From positions 2,816,001 through 2,880,000 of the forward strand of contig OY776510.1 of the NCBI GenBank assembly GCA_963675665.1: a stretch of DNA of 64,000 nucleotides, in the 5' to 3' direction. The notes below the pieces were generated by a model, which did no database searches, was not told where the DNA came from, and worked only from the letters and a program-made list of their open reading frames with translations. This stretch comes from Spirochaetia bacterium. GTDB taxonomy: Bacteria > Spirochaetota > Spirochaetia > UBA9216. Below are positions 39,801 through 48,539 of the stretch, piece after piece. The translations under genes were made by a program, and so were the position numbers. Within the stretch, counting starts at the first letter, position 1, and every line of letters begins with the position of its first letter.

Positions 39801-40502
39801 TTATTCTACGCTGATTATAATATCACCGAACATTTTAACCGGTGATTGCGATACCGCAGAAGATACCCCGCCGGCGTTGCTTGTCTGTGAGGCGCCGCTC
39901 TGAGAATTGTTGTTCTGCTGTTTGGCAAGACTGGCCACCGTTGCGGCTTTCTTGGCTTTTTCATTTGACGGGTTCGACTGTTTTCCGGATTCAGTTACCT
40001 TGCTCTCTTCTCCGCCGCTTACAAGCTGCTCACGGGCAATGGCTTCACCGAAAAAGCTTACTGCTCCGCTTTCTACTGTAAGGGTAGTGCCGTCATATGA
40101 AAAAGAGGTTCCCCTTACTGCAGCTGTCGAAGAAGGGCTTCTCAGTTTAAAATCATGACTGAGACCGGCGTCGCGTTTAACCTCGGCATTTACTTTGCCG
40201 ACCCTTAAAAATAATCCGGTGGTTTGAGCACCCTGGCTCTGCATCAGTTCTTCAAGTTTCATTCTTGTCAGCGCGTCAACCTCGAGAACAGAGGCTCCGA
40301 CTTCGAGTACTGCGGATGATCCGAAACCTGTTGAAATACTTGCTCCCGTCGGAAGAACGTCTCCGGCGGCTGCACGCTGCCAGTTTCCTCCCGGGGCCTG
40401 AATTTCAACCCTGCCTGTCAGTTCTTTTACTACGGCGTTATCTGATGCAAATACCGGAATCGATATAAGCAAAATTGCCAGAATTATGATCAGTTTCTTC
40501 AT
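39801..40502 (-). CDS. Exported FecR-domain protein
   Basis: Cleavable signal peptide; 'TGRVEI...W...GD.L..G.SISTG..SSAVL', 'SPSSTAAVRGTSF', 'VESGAVSF'; no anti-sigma N-terminus. Confidence 0.85.
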   Translation of the reverse strand: MKKLIIILAILLISIPVFASDNAVVKELTGRVEIQAPGGNWQRAAAGDVLPTGASISTGFGSSAVLEVGASVLEVDALTRMKLEELMQSQGAQTTGLFLRVGKVNAEVKRDAGLSHDFKLRSPSSTAAVRGTSFSYDGTTLTVESGAVSFFGEAIAREQLVSGGEESKVTESGKQSNPSNEKAKKAATVASLAKQQNNNSQSGASQTSNAGGVSSAVSQSPVKMFGDIIISVE

Positions 40503-40520
40503 CTATTGTATACCTCCTGA

Positions 40521-41987
40521 TTAAAAACTCATTGAAACATTAAGTTTTACCATGAATGACGGATTCTCCATATCTGAACCGGCAAAAGCAACTGCATTCG
40601 GAAGGAAATAACCGCCCATAACTGCTACGCCCAGATCTGAAAAAGGACGCATATTCACACTTAAGTCTATCTCAGAACCAAGATAATTTCCGTCAAAATC
40701 GTCCGAAAGTCCTGAAATTGCTATAGGTCCGTCAACAATTCTGAAGAACGGCATTGCCGCGGCTGTGACCTGCATGCTGCTGATGAACGGAAGATCCATC
40801 CATTCGAGCGGCTTTATGGAGTAATTGGCATTGGCTGTAAAAATATTGGACAATCCCGGAGAAAATATCATTCCGCCGCCGCCGCCGGTAATCGGGGTAA
40901 ACTGCGTATAATTTTCTGCCTTGTTGCCTTCATATATCGAGTCCGCATCAGCATCTCCTGTTCCGAATGTTGCTCCGATGCCGGCTTTTGAATTAAAAAG
41001 CCAGGGCATGTAATAATCTACACTCAAACCGGCCATATGGGAAATTATCATGTCGTATTGATATGCGAAACCTGTTTCGCTGTAGATATTTTCCGCATAT
41101 GTCAATGCCCGGCCTGTTCCGAAATAGTAGTAGACATTGTGATAAAGACCCGGGATTGACGGTCCTGATACGCCGGCCCCGATGTACTGTGTATCAACCG
41201 CACCGCCCCTTGTCAGGTCCTGATCGGTTTCGCCTTCCTGTATAAGAGATGAAACGTAGTCGGGATTGGAGTAACTCTGCAGTACGTCCAGCATTGGACG
41301 GAGATCTTCCTGCGCCACGAGCGACAGGGTTATGCTTTGTTTTGCAATAATCTGCGGAACGGTCAGCGTTACAATTTCGACTGCCCTCGGGCTGCCCAGT
41401 ACTGATTTTCCGGCTGCATCAGCTGCAGCTTTGTCGGAAAGGTATTCAAACAGACCCGCGGAATTTTCCAGTTCCGAAGCGTCGGTTCGTGACATTACAA
41501 CAGGTTTTGAGGTTGTCAGCATATTCCCGGTTTCTGAAAAGAAAAGCGCTGTTGAACCGGCAGCTATTGTGAGCTCAAAAGCCGGATAATTGAAATTCCA
41601 TATCATGCCGTCAAGGCTTTGGGAAAATACTTTGGTGGAAAAATCAGCTGTGGCAAATCTTCCTATGCTTGTAGCAAGTATGGAAGGACCGTAATCAAGA
41701 TTATCCCAGAGACCGTCAAGTTTGACGTAGTCGGGGTTTATATAAAACTGAAAACCTTCATCGGTAATGGATGCAATATGATCAGTTTTCATCTCGAATG
41801 AATAATGTTCGCCCTTTCCGGTTTCAAACCAGATTCCTACAGCTTCCTCATTTGTTAATCCCCCGGCAGGCGCGGATGAGTAGCCTGTTGCAGAAGTAAG
41901 CGATCCGCCGTAATCCAATGCTGCAAGATTGACACCGGCGGCAAGCAGAAGTATTGCGGAGAGTATAATTACAGAAATTCGTTTCAT
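40521..41987 (-). CDS. Hypothetical outer-membrane beta-barrel (alginate-export-like C-terminus)
   Basis: Signal peptide; 'YLGSEIDLSVNMRPFSDLGV...GYFLP'; terminal 'LNVSMSF'. Confidence 0.65.
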   Translation of the reverse strand: MKRISVIILSAILLLAAGVNLAALDYGGSLTSATGYSSAPAGGLTNEEAVGIWFETGKGEHYSFEMKTDHIASITDEGFQFYINPDYVKLDGLWDNLDYGPSILATSIGRFATADFSTKVFSQSLDGMIWNFNYPAFELTIAAGSTALFFSETGNMLTTSKPVVMSRTDASELENSAGLFEYLSDKAAADAAGKSVLGSPRAVEIVTLTVPQIIAKQSITLSLVAQEDLRPMLDVLQSYSNPDYVSSLIQEGETDQDLTRGGAVDTQYIGAGVSGPSIPGLYHNVYYYFGTGRALTYAENIYSETGFAYQYDMIISHMAGLSVDYYMPWLFNSKAGIGATFGTGDADADSIYEGNKAENYTQFTPITGGGGGMIFSPGLSNIFTANANYSIKPLEWMDLPFISSMQVTAAAMPFFRIVDGPIAISGLSDDFDGNYLGSEIDLSVNMRPFSDLGVAVMGGYFLPNAVAFAGSDMENPSFMVKLNVSMSF

Positions 41988-42448
41988 TATTCAGCCTCCT
42001 TGAGCTCAATCGCTTTGGAGAGAATATTAATTACATCTTCTCCGGTTACCGTTTTGTTCGGATGGGCTCCCGAGTCCAGGACTTCAAGGAAAACAAGTTC
42101 CCGTACGGCATATCTTGGCGAAGGAAACAGCGTATACATGATTCCTCCCTTCATCCCGAACGCCTGCATTATGATGTAAGACATTTCTCCCAATGTTACA
42201 GGATCGGAGGCTTCCTTATGCGATTTGTTCCACTTGTTTTCAGTGATAATATTAACCGCATCGTTTATCGTCGCGTTTTCATCAGCTATCCCGCTTCCAA
42301 CAGCTATCATATATACCGATTCGCCGAAGCCTGCTTCGCCGGATGCGAGAAGATTATCAACAATCTCCATTGACTGGGCGTTCAGGCTTGCTGCTCCAAC
42401 CAGTATTATGACAGCGGTAAAAATGAGAAAAACTTTATTTTTTTGCAT
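41987..42448 (-). CDS. Small exported protein with SLH-like repeats
   Basis: Signal peptide; 'DPVTLGEMSYII' and 'PNKTVTGEDVINIL' resemble the SLH P-x-x-x-T-R-x-E helix motif; stop overlaps the next start. Confidence 0.5.
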   Translation of the reverse strand: MQKNKVFLIFTAVIILVGAASLNAQSMEIVDNLLASGEAGFGESVYMIAVGSGIADENATINDAVNIITENKWNKSHKEASDPVTLGEMSYIIMQAFGMKGGIMYTLFPSPRYAVRELVFLEVLDSGAHPNKTVTGEDVINILSKAIELKEAE

Positions 42449-42540
42449 ACCTTTTCTCCATTTTATGGATTATACTACCATTAAAGTATAGTACTTACAG
42501 TCATTGCTTTCAAATGTTTTTTAATAAAGGTTAGCCGATT

Positions 42541-45249
42541 ATGGAAGGAAAAATCAATCTCAAAATCACAGTAGCGGTACTGATTGTCGTAGTTTTTTCT
42601 TTGCTCACTTATTTTGGAGCTTTAGCAACACTTGAGAACCGACTTTATGATGTACTTCTCCATTTGAAGAGGGAAATACCCGAAGACAGCAGAATTCTGC
42701 TTATTGATGTAGATGATACTTCAATTGAAAAAGTAGGCGTATGGCCCTGGAGCCGGGACATTATGGCGAACGGTCTGATTACAATGAAGGAACTGGGCGC
42801 TGAATATGCTGTTTTTGATATTGAATATGTTCAGAAAAGTCCTACCGCGGTTGATCCGGATTTTCTGAGAAATGAGCTTCCGGAGGTTTTTGAAGGGGAG
42901 TTTGAGATAATTAATAACAATATTCTTGATCTTTTCGGGGCTATAGCCAGCGGCGCGCTGCCGATGGAAGTTGCAGCAGACTATATTTATGATCTTGCAA
43001 CACTTAACGATCAGGCCAAAGATATTCTTTTGTCAAAGGTTGCCGAGGTTGCCAGGGACAACGATGAGTATTTCAGTAAGGCTGTTTACCTGTATGACAA
43101 TGTTTTTTTTACCGTCAATATGGTAGATGATTATGAAGTAGAGCTTTCCGAAGATTTTGAAAACTGGATTCTTGAAAACATCGCCTACCCGAATATTGAA
43201 GTTAAAACGGAATTATATACATCGGCGGAGAGTATTGATCCCGCGCTGCCCCGGCTTATACAGAACGGCGGCGGAGCCGGTTTTCCGAATATAATCATCG
43301 ATAATGACGGTGTAAGAAGAAGGGTCGATTTTTTTATAGAATACTCGGATCATTTCTTTGCCCAGCTGGCCATGTCTCCGTTTCTTGAGTGGATTGGAAA
43401 TCCGAAACTCACGCTGACCGACGACTACCTTGTTATCGAGCAGGCCGATATTCCGGGCAGCGAAGGACCAAGGGATATCAGGGTGCCAAGAGCTGATGAC
43501 GGAACTTTTCTTATAAACTGGCCGGCGAAAGATTACTGGAAAAGTTTCAGGCATCTTTCATATTATTACATGGTTTTGCATAACTGGCAGGAGGAAGCGC
43601 TGATAGAAAATCTTAAGCTGCTCGAAGCTGATCAGTATTTTTACTATTACGAAGGTGATCAGGATATTTTTGCAGGTTATGATTATGCCGAATCGATAAA
43701 GCAGGAAGTGCTCAACGGAGGCGACAGAACATATCTGCAGGATTTCAGGGATTCGAGGGAGTATTTTTTCTCTGAAGTCGGCAATTTTATCAACGGTCAG
43801 GCTGAATCGGTTATACGGGGGCAGATTGAGGATATTCTTGCAACTGAAGGCCTCTCTTCGGAGGAAACGGAAGAATACAAGGCTATCGATGCAAATGTGG
43901 CAAACAACTTTTCCGAGGTAAGAATTCTTTACGATGACTACATGAAAACACGGGATATTATCAGCGAGGCTGTGAACGGTTCTTTCTGTATAATAGGGTC
44001 TTCAGCCACCTCCACATTCGACCGCGGAGTTAACCCGTTTTCCAAGGAATATGCAAACGTCGGAACACACGCAGCTGTTATCAATATGATAATTCAGGAC
44101 AGTTTTCTCGACGATTCATCACGATGGATTTCCATTCTTCTGGCTGTAGTTTTAACTTTTCTTTTATACCTGATAATTCATAAAATGGATGCTCTTCCAA
44201 CTATTCTCTGGGGTATTGCAATAGTAATAATAATTGCAGCGATTGAGATCGGTGTTTTTCTTATGCTCGGTATTTATATACAGCTGCTGACGCCTGTTCT
44301 TTCGGTTGCCGTCACCTTTGTTTTTATGAGCTTTCTGAAATTTCTTGAGACGGCAAAGGAAAGAAGTTACATAAGGAATGCTTTCGGACATTATCTCTCT
44401 GATCAGGTAATTGAAAACCTTATTGATGATCCAGACAAACTTACCCTCGGCGGTGAGAAAAAACATATGACGGCAATATTTACTGATGTTAAAGGGTTTT
44501 CAACGATATCCGAGCAGCTTGATCCGACTGATCTGGTTAAAATTCTTAATATGTATCTTACCGAAATGAGCAATCTTGTTATGGATCAGGGCGGAACAAT
44601 AGATAAGTACGAGGGGGATGCAATCATAGCATTCTTCGGAGCTCCGGTTGATTTTGATGATCACGCCGTAAGGGCCTGCCGGGCGGCAGTAAGAATGAAA
44701 AAGATGGAGCGCATTATGAACGGTCATTTCATGGAGGATGAAATAGTGCCGACTCCGCTTCTTACCCGAATAGGTATTAATACCGGCGATATGGTAGTAG
44801 GAAATATGGGTACTGCCCGCAAGATGGACTATACAATTATGGGAAATGCGGTAAACCTTGCGGCAAGACTGGAAGGTGTTAACAAGCAATATAACTGCTG
44901 GAAACTGATCAGTTCGATGACTGCTGATGAACTGGGTGATGAATTTCTGCTGCGCAGGCTCGACAGGGTACGGGTAGTTGGAATAAGCGAACCTGTGCGG
45001 CTTTTCGAGCTTGTCGATGAAAAGGAACTTGCCGGGGATGAAAGTCTTGAGATCATTAATATTTTCCATGATGCACTCGAAAAATTCGAGGAAAAGAACT
45101 GGGCTGATGCAGAGGACCTTTTTCAGAAAATTCTGCGGATAGATCCGGAAGACGGTCCCGCCGGCATATATATAAAACGCTGCACTGAATACAGGAAAAA
45201 AGCGCCGCCCGCAAACTGGGACGGAGTCTTTAATCTAACCACAAAGTAG
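42541..45249 (+). CDS. CHASE2-domain class III adenylate cyclase
   Basis: CHASE2 motifs 'IDVDD.SI..VG.WPWSR', 'DNDGVRRR', 'GTHAAVI.MI'; three TMs; FTDVKGFS, DKYEGDA, DYTIMGNAVNLAARLE; C-terminal TPR-like tail. Confidence 0.94.
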   Translation: MEGKINLKITVAVLIVVVFSLLTYFGALATLENRLYDVLLHLKREIPEDSRILLIDVDDTSIEKVGVWPWSRDIMANGLITMKELGAEYAVFDIEYVQKSPTAVDPDFLRNELPEVFEGEFEIINNNILDLFGAIASGALPMEVAADYIYDLATLNDQAKDILLSKVAEVARDNDEYFSKAVYLYDNVFFTVNMVDDYEVELSEDFENWILENIAYPNIEVKTELYTSAESIDPALPRLIQNGGGAGFPNIIIDNDGVRRRVDFFIEYSDHFFAQLAMSPFLEWIGNPKLTLTDDYLVIEQADIPGSEGPRDIRVPRADDGTFLINWPAKDYWKSFRHLSYYYMVLHNWQEEALIENLKLLEADQYFYYYEGDQDIFAGYDYAESIKQEVLNGGDRTYLQDFRDSREYFFSEVGNFINGQAESVIRGQIEDILATEGLSSEETEEYKAIDANVANNFSEVRILYDDYMKTRDIISEAVNGSFCIIGSSATSTFDRGVNPFSKEYANVGTHAAVINMIIQDSFLDDSSRWISILLAVVLTFLLYLIIHKMDALPTILWGIAIVIIIAAIEIGVFLMLGIYIQLLTPVLSVAVTFVFMSFLKFLETAKERSYIRNAFGHYLSDQVIENLIDDPDKLTLGGEKKHMTAIFTDVKGFSTISEQLDPTDLVKILNMYLTEMSNLVMDQGGTIDKYEGDAIIAFFGAPVDFDDHAVRACRAAVRMKKMERIMNGHFMEDEIVPTPLLTRIGINTGDMVVGNMGTARKMDYTIMGNAVNLAARLEGVNKQYNCWKLISSMTADELGDEFLLRRLDRVRVVGISEPVRLFELVDEKELAGDESLEIINIFHDALEKFEEKNWADAEDLFQKILRIDPEDGPAGIYIKRCTEYRKKAPPANWDGVFNLTTK

Positions 45250-45337
45250 CACTGCAGCACACATTGTATCACAATTACCTCCGTAAAATATTGATAATTG
45301 GATTGGTAAATGTTAGTATGCCATTGCGGAGGATTTA

Positions 45338-46258
45338 TTGCTCGAGCCGGCTCTTCTTAATGAAACATCTGAAATATTGTCAAAAAACTTCTCTGCTGAT
45401 GAGATAGATAAAATCGGCAATATGCTGTACTCAGGGTACAGTACCCATGGGATTGCCGGAGAAGGCAATCATATTACCTTTTCATCATCAAGAGCAGCAT
45501 CGGTACTTGTCAGTTACTCCAATACAATGCGCAAAACGTTCGAGCTTATTAAACTTTTAATTGAGCTGGATGACAGTACCATTAACGGTAAAGCCGTCGG
45601 AATTAACGGTTTGGAGACATACCTTAATAAATTGACAAAATGCGGAATTATATATGATTTTAAAAAAAGAAAACTGCATCACGGCCACAAGGACAGGGAT
45701 GTTCTTGTAAATTGGGGTTCGTTGAAAGACGGCAAGGTTTACTCATTTTCGATACTCAGTCTTGATATCGTTGGAAATTCAAAACTGGTCAGAAAGTACG
45801 GCGCTCCCAAAATGGAAAAAGTGTATTTTTACCTGAGGAAATTTATTGAACGGAAAGTGTCTGATTACGACGGAAGAATCTGGTCTTTTGCCGGGGACGG
45901 GGGCCTGATAGCTTATGCTTTCAGGAAGCACGAACAAAGAGCAGTTTTATGTGCGCTTGATATTCAGAGCTCGGTTCCGGTGTTCAATCTAAGACCCGAT
46001 ATTCCGATTAATGATGAGATAATTCTGCGGATAGGTATTGATACAGGGAAATTCCGATTCTCAATGGATACCGGCCATATAGTATCAGATATAATAAACT
46101 ATGCCGCCCATCTTGAGAAATCAGGAACCAGGCCCGGGGAAATATCGATTTCATCAAGAGTAAAAAAGGAATTGCCCGGGAAAATATCAAAATGTTTTCC
46201 ACATGAGGCGGAATTTGAAGGGCTCACATCACATAGCACCAGGCTGAACCTGAATTAA
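45338..46258 (+). CDS. Soluble non-canonical class III nucleotide cyclase-domain protein
   Basis: LSLDIVGNS, WSFAGDG, LRIGIDTG, SDIINYAAHLE; about 125-aa helical N-terminal domain; TTG start with GGAGG RBS. Confidence 0.8.
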   Translation: MLEPALLNETSEILSKNFSADEIDKIGNMLYSGYSTHGIAGEGNHITFSSSRAASVLVSYSNTMRKTFELIKLLIELDDSTINGKAVGINGLETYLNKLTKCGIIYDFKKRKLHHGHKDRDVLVNWGSLKDGKVYSFSILSLDIVGNSKLVRKYGAPKMEKVYFYLRKFIERKVSDYDGRIWSFAGDGGLIAYAFRKHEQRAVLCALDIQSSVPVFNLRPDIPINDEIILRIGIDTGKFRFSMDTGHIVSDIINYAAHLEKSGTRPGEISISSRVKKELPGKISKCFPHEAEFEGLTSHSTRLNLN

Positions 46259-46435
46259 TTGAAAAACAATGCAATTTATGTTGCCTCGATACTGAATATT
46301 CTATTAACTTAGTTGTAATAAACAAATAGATACTGTGTATATATTTGTTATTTTGAAGGTTGCCAGGTGTTACTTGTCAAACTTCACTTCAATAGCCCGC
46401 CTTCCATGGCGGGAAAAATGTATAGGAGAAGAAAA

Positions 46436-47044
46436 ATGACCAATAAAGCATTAAAAATTATTATTCCTGTAGCAATCGTTGTGATAATCATTCTGATAAT
46501 ATATGGTTCATTTGCAGGGACCTATAATAAAATGGTGACCATGGAAGAAACTGTAAAGGCATCATGGAGCCAGGTTGAAAATGTATATCAGCGCAGATTT
46601 GATTTGATTCCGAATCTTGTTGAAACGGTAAAAGGATATGCTGCTCATGAAAGTGAGACATTTACGGCTGTAGCCGAAGCAAGGGCCAACGCCGGAGGGG
46701 TGATGCAAATGTCTGACGAGCTGCTTAATGATCCGGCAGCCTTTGAACGTTTTCAACAGGCTCAGTCAACACTTGGCGGAGCACTGCAGAGACTGCTTGT
46801 TGTAACAGAGAATTATCCGGAACTGAAAGCGAACCAGAATTTTATAGCTCTTCAGGACCAGCTTGAAGGAACTGAGAACCGTATTGCTGTAGAGCGCAAG
46901 CGTTTTAATGAGGCGGTTCAGGTATACAATACATATATAAAGCAGTTTCCCAGAATGATTATTGCCAATATTGCCGGTTTCGACGAAAAACCGTATTTTG
47001 AAGCTGCTCAGGGTGCAGAAACCGCTCCGAAAGTGGAATTCTAA
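46436..47044 (+). CDS. lemA: LemA-family protein
   Basis: YQRRFDLIPNLVETVKGYA, ENYPELKA, QLEGTENRI. Confidence 0.95.
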   Translation: MTNKALKIIIPVAIVVIIILIIYGSFAGTYNKMVTMEETVKASWSQVENVYQRRFDLIPNLVETVKGYAAHESETFTAVAEARANAGGVMQMSDELLNDPAAFERFQQAQSTLGGALQRLLVVTENYPELKANQNFIALQDQLEGTENRIAVERKRFNEAVQVYNTYIKQFPRMIIANIAGFDEKPYFEAAQGAETAPKVEF

Positions 47045-47054
47045 GGTGAGACAT

Positions 47055-47729
47055 ATGGCTGATTTAAAATTCAGTAAAAATGAAATAGATCGTATAAACA
47101 AGGCAGCTGCACATGTGGAGTCGGTATCTTCCGGTGAAGTTCTTGCCGCGGTGATAAATGAAAGCTCCAATTATGCCGCAGCTGAACTTCTGTTTTCAGT
47201 AATCGGCGGATTTATTTATTATTCTGTTGTCCTGCTTTTTTATTCCGGGATTGAAAACTGGATCAACAGTTTGTTCTGGAGCCCGCAATCATGGTATGTA
47301 ACAGCGTTTTACGGAGCAAGCACGATGCTTGTAATCGGAATAATATATGCAATTACCAACATTCCCGGATTTGACAGAAAGTTCGTGCCGAAAGCCGTGA
47401 TTTCCCGGAATGTTCACCGAAGGGCGCTTGTTCATTTTACAGAGTCAGGTGCCGTTAACACCAGGGACAGGACGGGCATTTTGTTCTTTTTATCGCTCCG
47501 GGAACGCAGGGTTGAGATAATTGCGGATGAAGGTATTAATTCAAAGGTTAAGCCTGAAGATTGGGAAGGAATTCTGAACAACCTGATTGCGGCAATCAGG
47601 AAGGGGCAACCTGCCGATGGACTTGAAAAAGCGATTATGGATTGTTCGGAGATACTGGAGCGTCATTTCCCTGTAAAGAATGATGATGTAAACGAACTGC
47701 CGGACGGCATAGTATTTCTGGAGGATTAA
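47055..47729 (+). CDS. TPM-domain membrane protein
   Basis: 'E..SSGEV', 'TRDRTGILFFLSL.ERRVEIIADEGI', 'NELPD'. Confidence 0.88.
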   Translation: MADLKFSKNEIDRINKAAAHVESVSSGEVLAAVINESSNYAAAELLFSVIGGFIYYSVVLLFYSGIENWINSLFWSPQSWYVTAFYGASTMLVIGIIYAITNIPGFDRKFVPKAVISRNVHRRALVHFTESGAVNTRDRTGILFFLSLRERRVEIIADEGINSKVKPEDWEGILNNLIAAIRKGQPADGLEKAIMDCSEILERHFPVKNDDVNELPDGIVFLED

Positions 47730-47732
47730 TTT

Positions 47733-48539
47733 ATGCAGAAGAAAATTGTGTTTCTTTTTATAATAACGGCCGTTCTCCTGACTCCTGTATTTGCTTTGAA
47801 GGTTCCGGCCCTGGATGGTCCGGTTGTTGACAAGGCTGGAGTTATTTCAAGCAGGGATGAAACAGTAATTGAACAGATGCTCATGGAGCTTGAAAGCGCA
47901 ACGACCGCACAGGTTGCAGTGCTTACAGTACCTGATTTAAGCGGAGAATCCATTGAAGAATATTCCTTGGCAGTAGCTGAAGAATGGAAGCTTGGTCAGG
48001 CCGGAAAGGATAACGGCGCGCTGATTCTTCTTGCGCTCAAGGAGCGTAAAGTTCGGATCGAAGTAGGCTACGGCCTGGAAGCGGACCTTACTGATGCAAA
48101 ATCCGGATATATTATCAGGGAAGTTATTCTTCCTCAACTCAGGGAAGGAAATTACGCACAGGGGCTGTATGACGGCGCTTCAGCAGTCGGCGGGGTAATA
48201 TTAAAAACAGCAGACATCAGTGCGGAACAGATAGCCAAATCAAACGAAGCTGCTTCAAGGCAGAGCTCTTCTTCACGCGCAGGCATTCCGTTTAACCTGG
48301 TAGTCTTCATTCTGATCATCTTCTTTTCTTCGATTGCAAGGCTCGGAAGGCGCGGACGCAGACGCGGAGGCAGTATCTGGCCCTGGTTTTTTCTCGGCTC
48401 AATGATGGGATCCGGAAGGCGATATAACGGTCGCGACGGGTTCGGCAGCGGGGGGTTCGGAGGCGGCGGTTTCGGCGGAGGAGGTTTCTCCGGCGGAGGC
48501 GGAGGCTTCGGAGGCGGAGGGGCTTCAGGCGGTTGGTAA
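47733..48539 (+). CDS. TPM-domain protein (YgcG-like) with Gly-rich tail
   Basis: 'VVDKAGVI', 'WKLGQAGKDNGAL', 'RIEVGYGLE', tail GFSGGGGGFGGGGASGGW. Confidence 0.92.
   Translation: MQKKIVFLFIITAVLLTPVFALKVPALDGPVVDKAGVISSRDETVIEQMLMELESATTAQVAVLTVPDLSGESIEEYSLAVAEEWKLGQAGKDNGALILLALKERKVRIEVGYGLEADLTDAKSGYIIREVILPQLREGNYAQGLYDGASAVGGVILKTADISAEQIAKSNEAASRQSSSSRAGIPFNLVVFILIIFFSSIARLGRRGRRRGGSIWPWFFLGSMMGSGRRYNGRDGFGSGGFGGGGFGGGGFSGGGGGFGGGGASGGW

Noticed and set aside
45338-46258. Pycsar/CBASS anti-phage system
   Set aside because: No cNMP-binding TIR/TM effector next to it and no defence-island context; kept only as an atypical cyclase.
48438-48536. GGC-rich repeat
   Set aside because: Encodes the normal Gly-rich tail of TPM/YgcG proteins.
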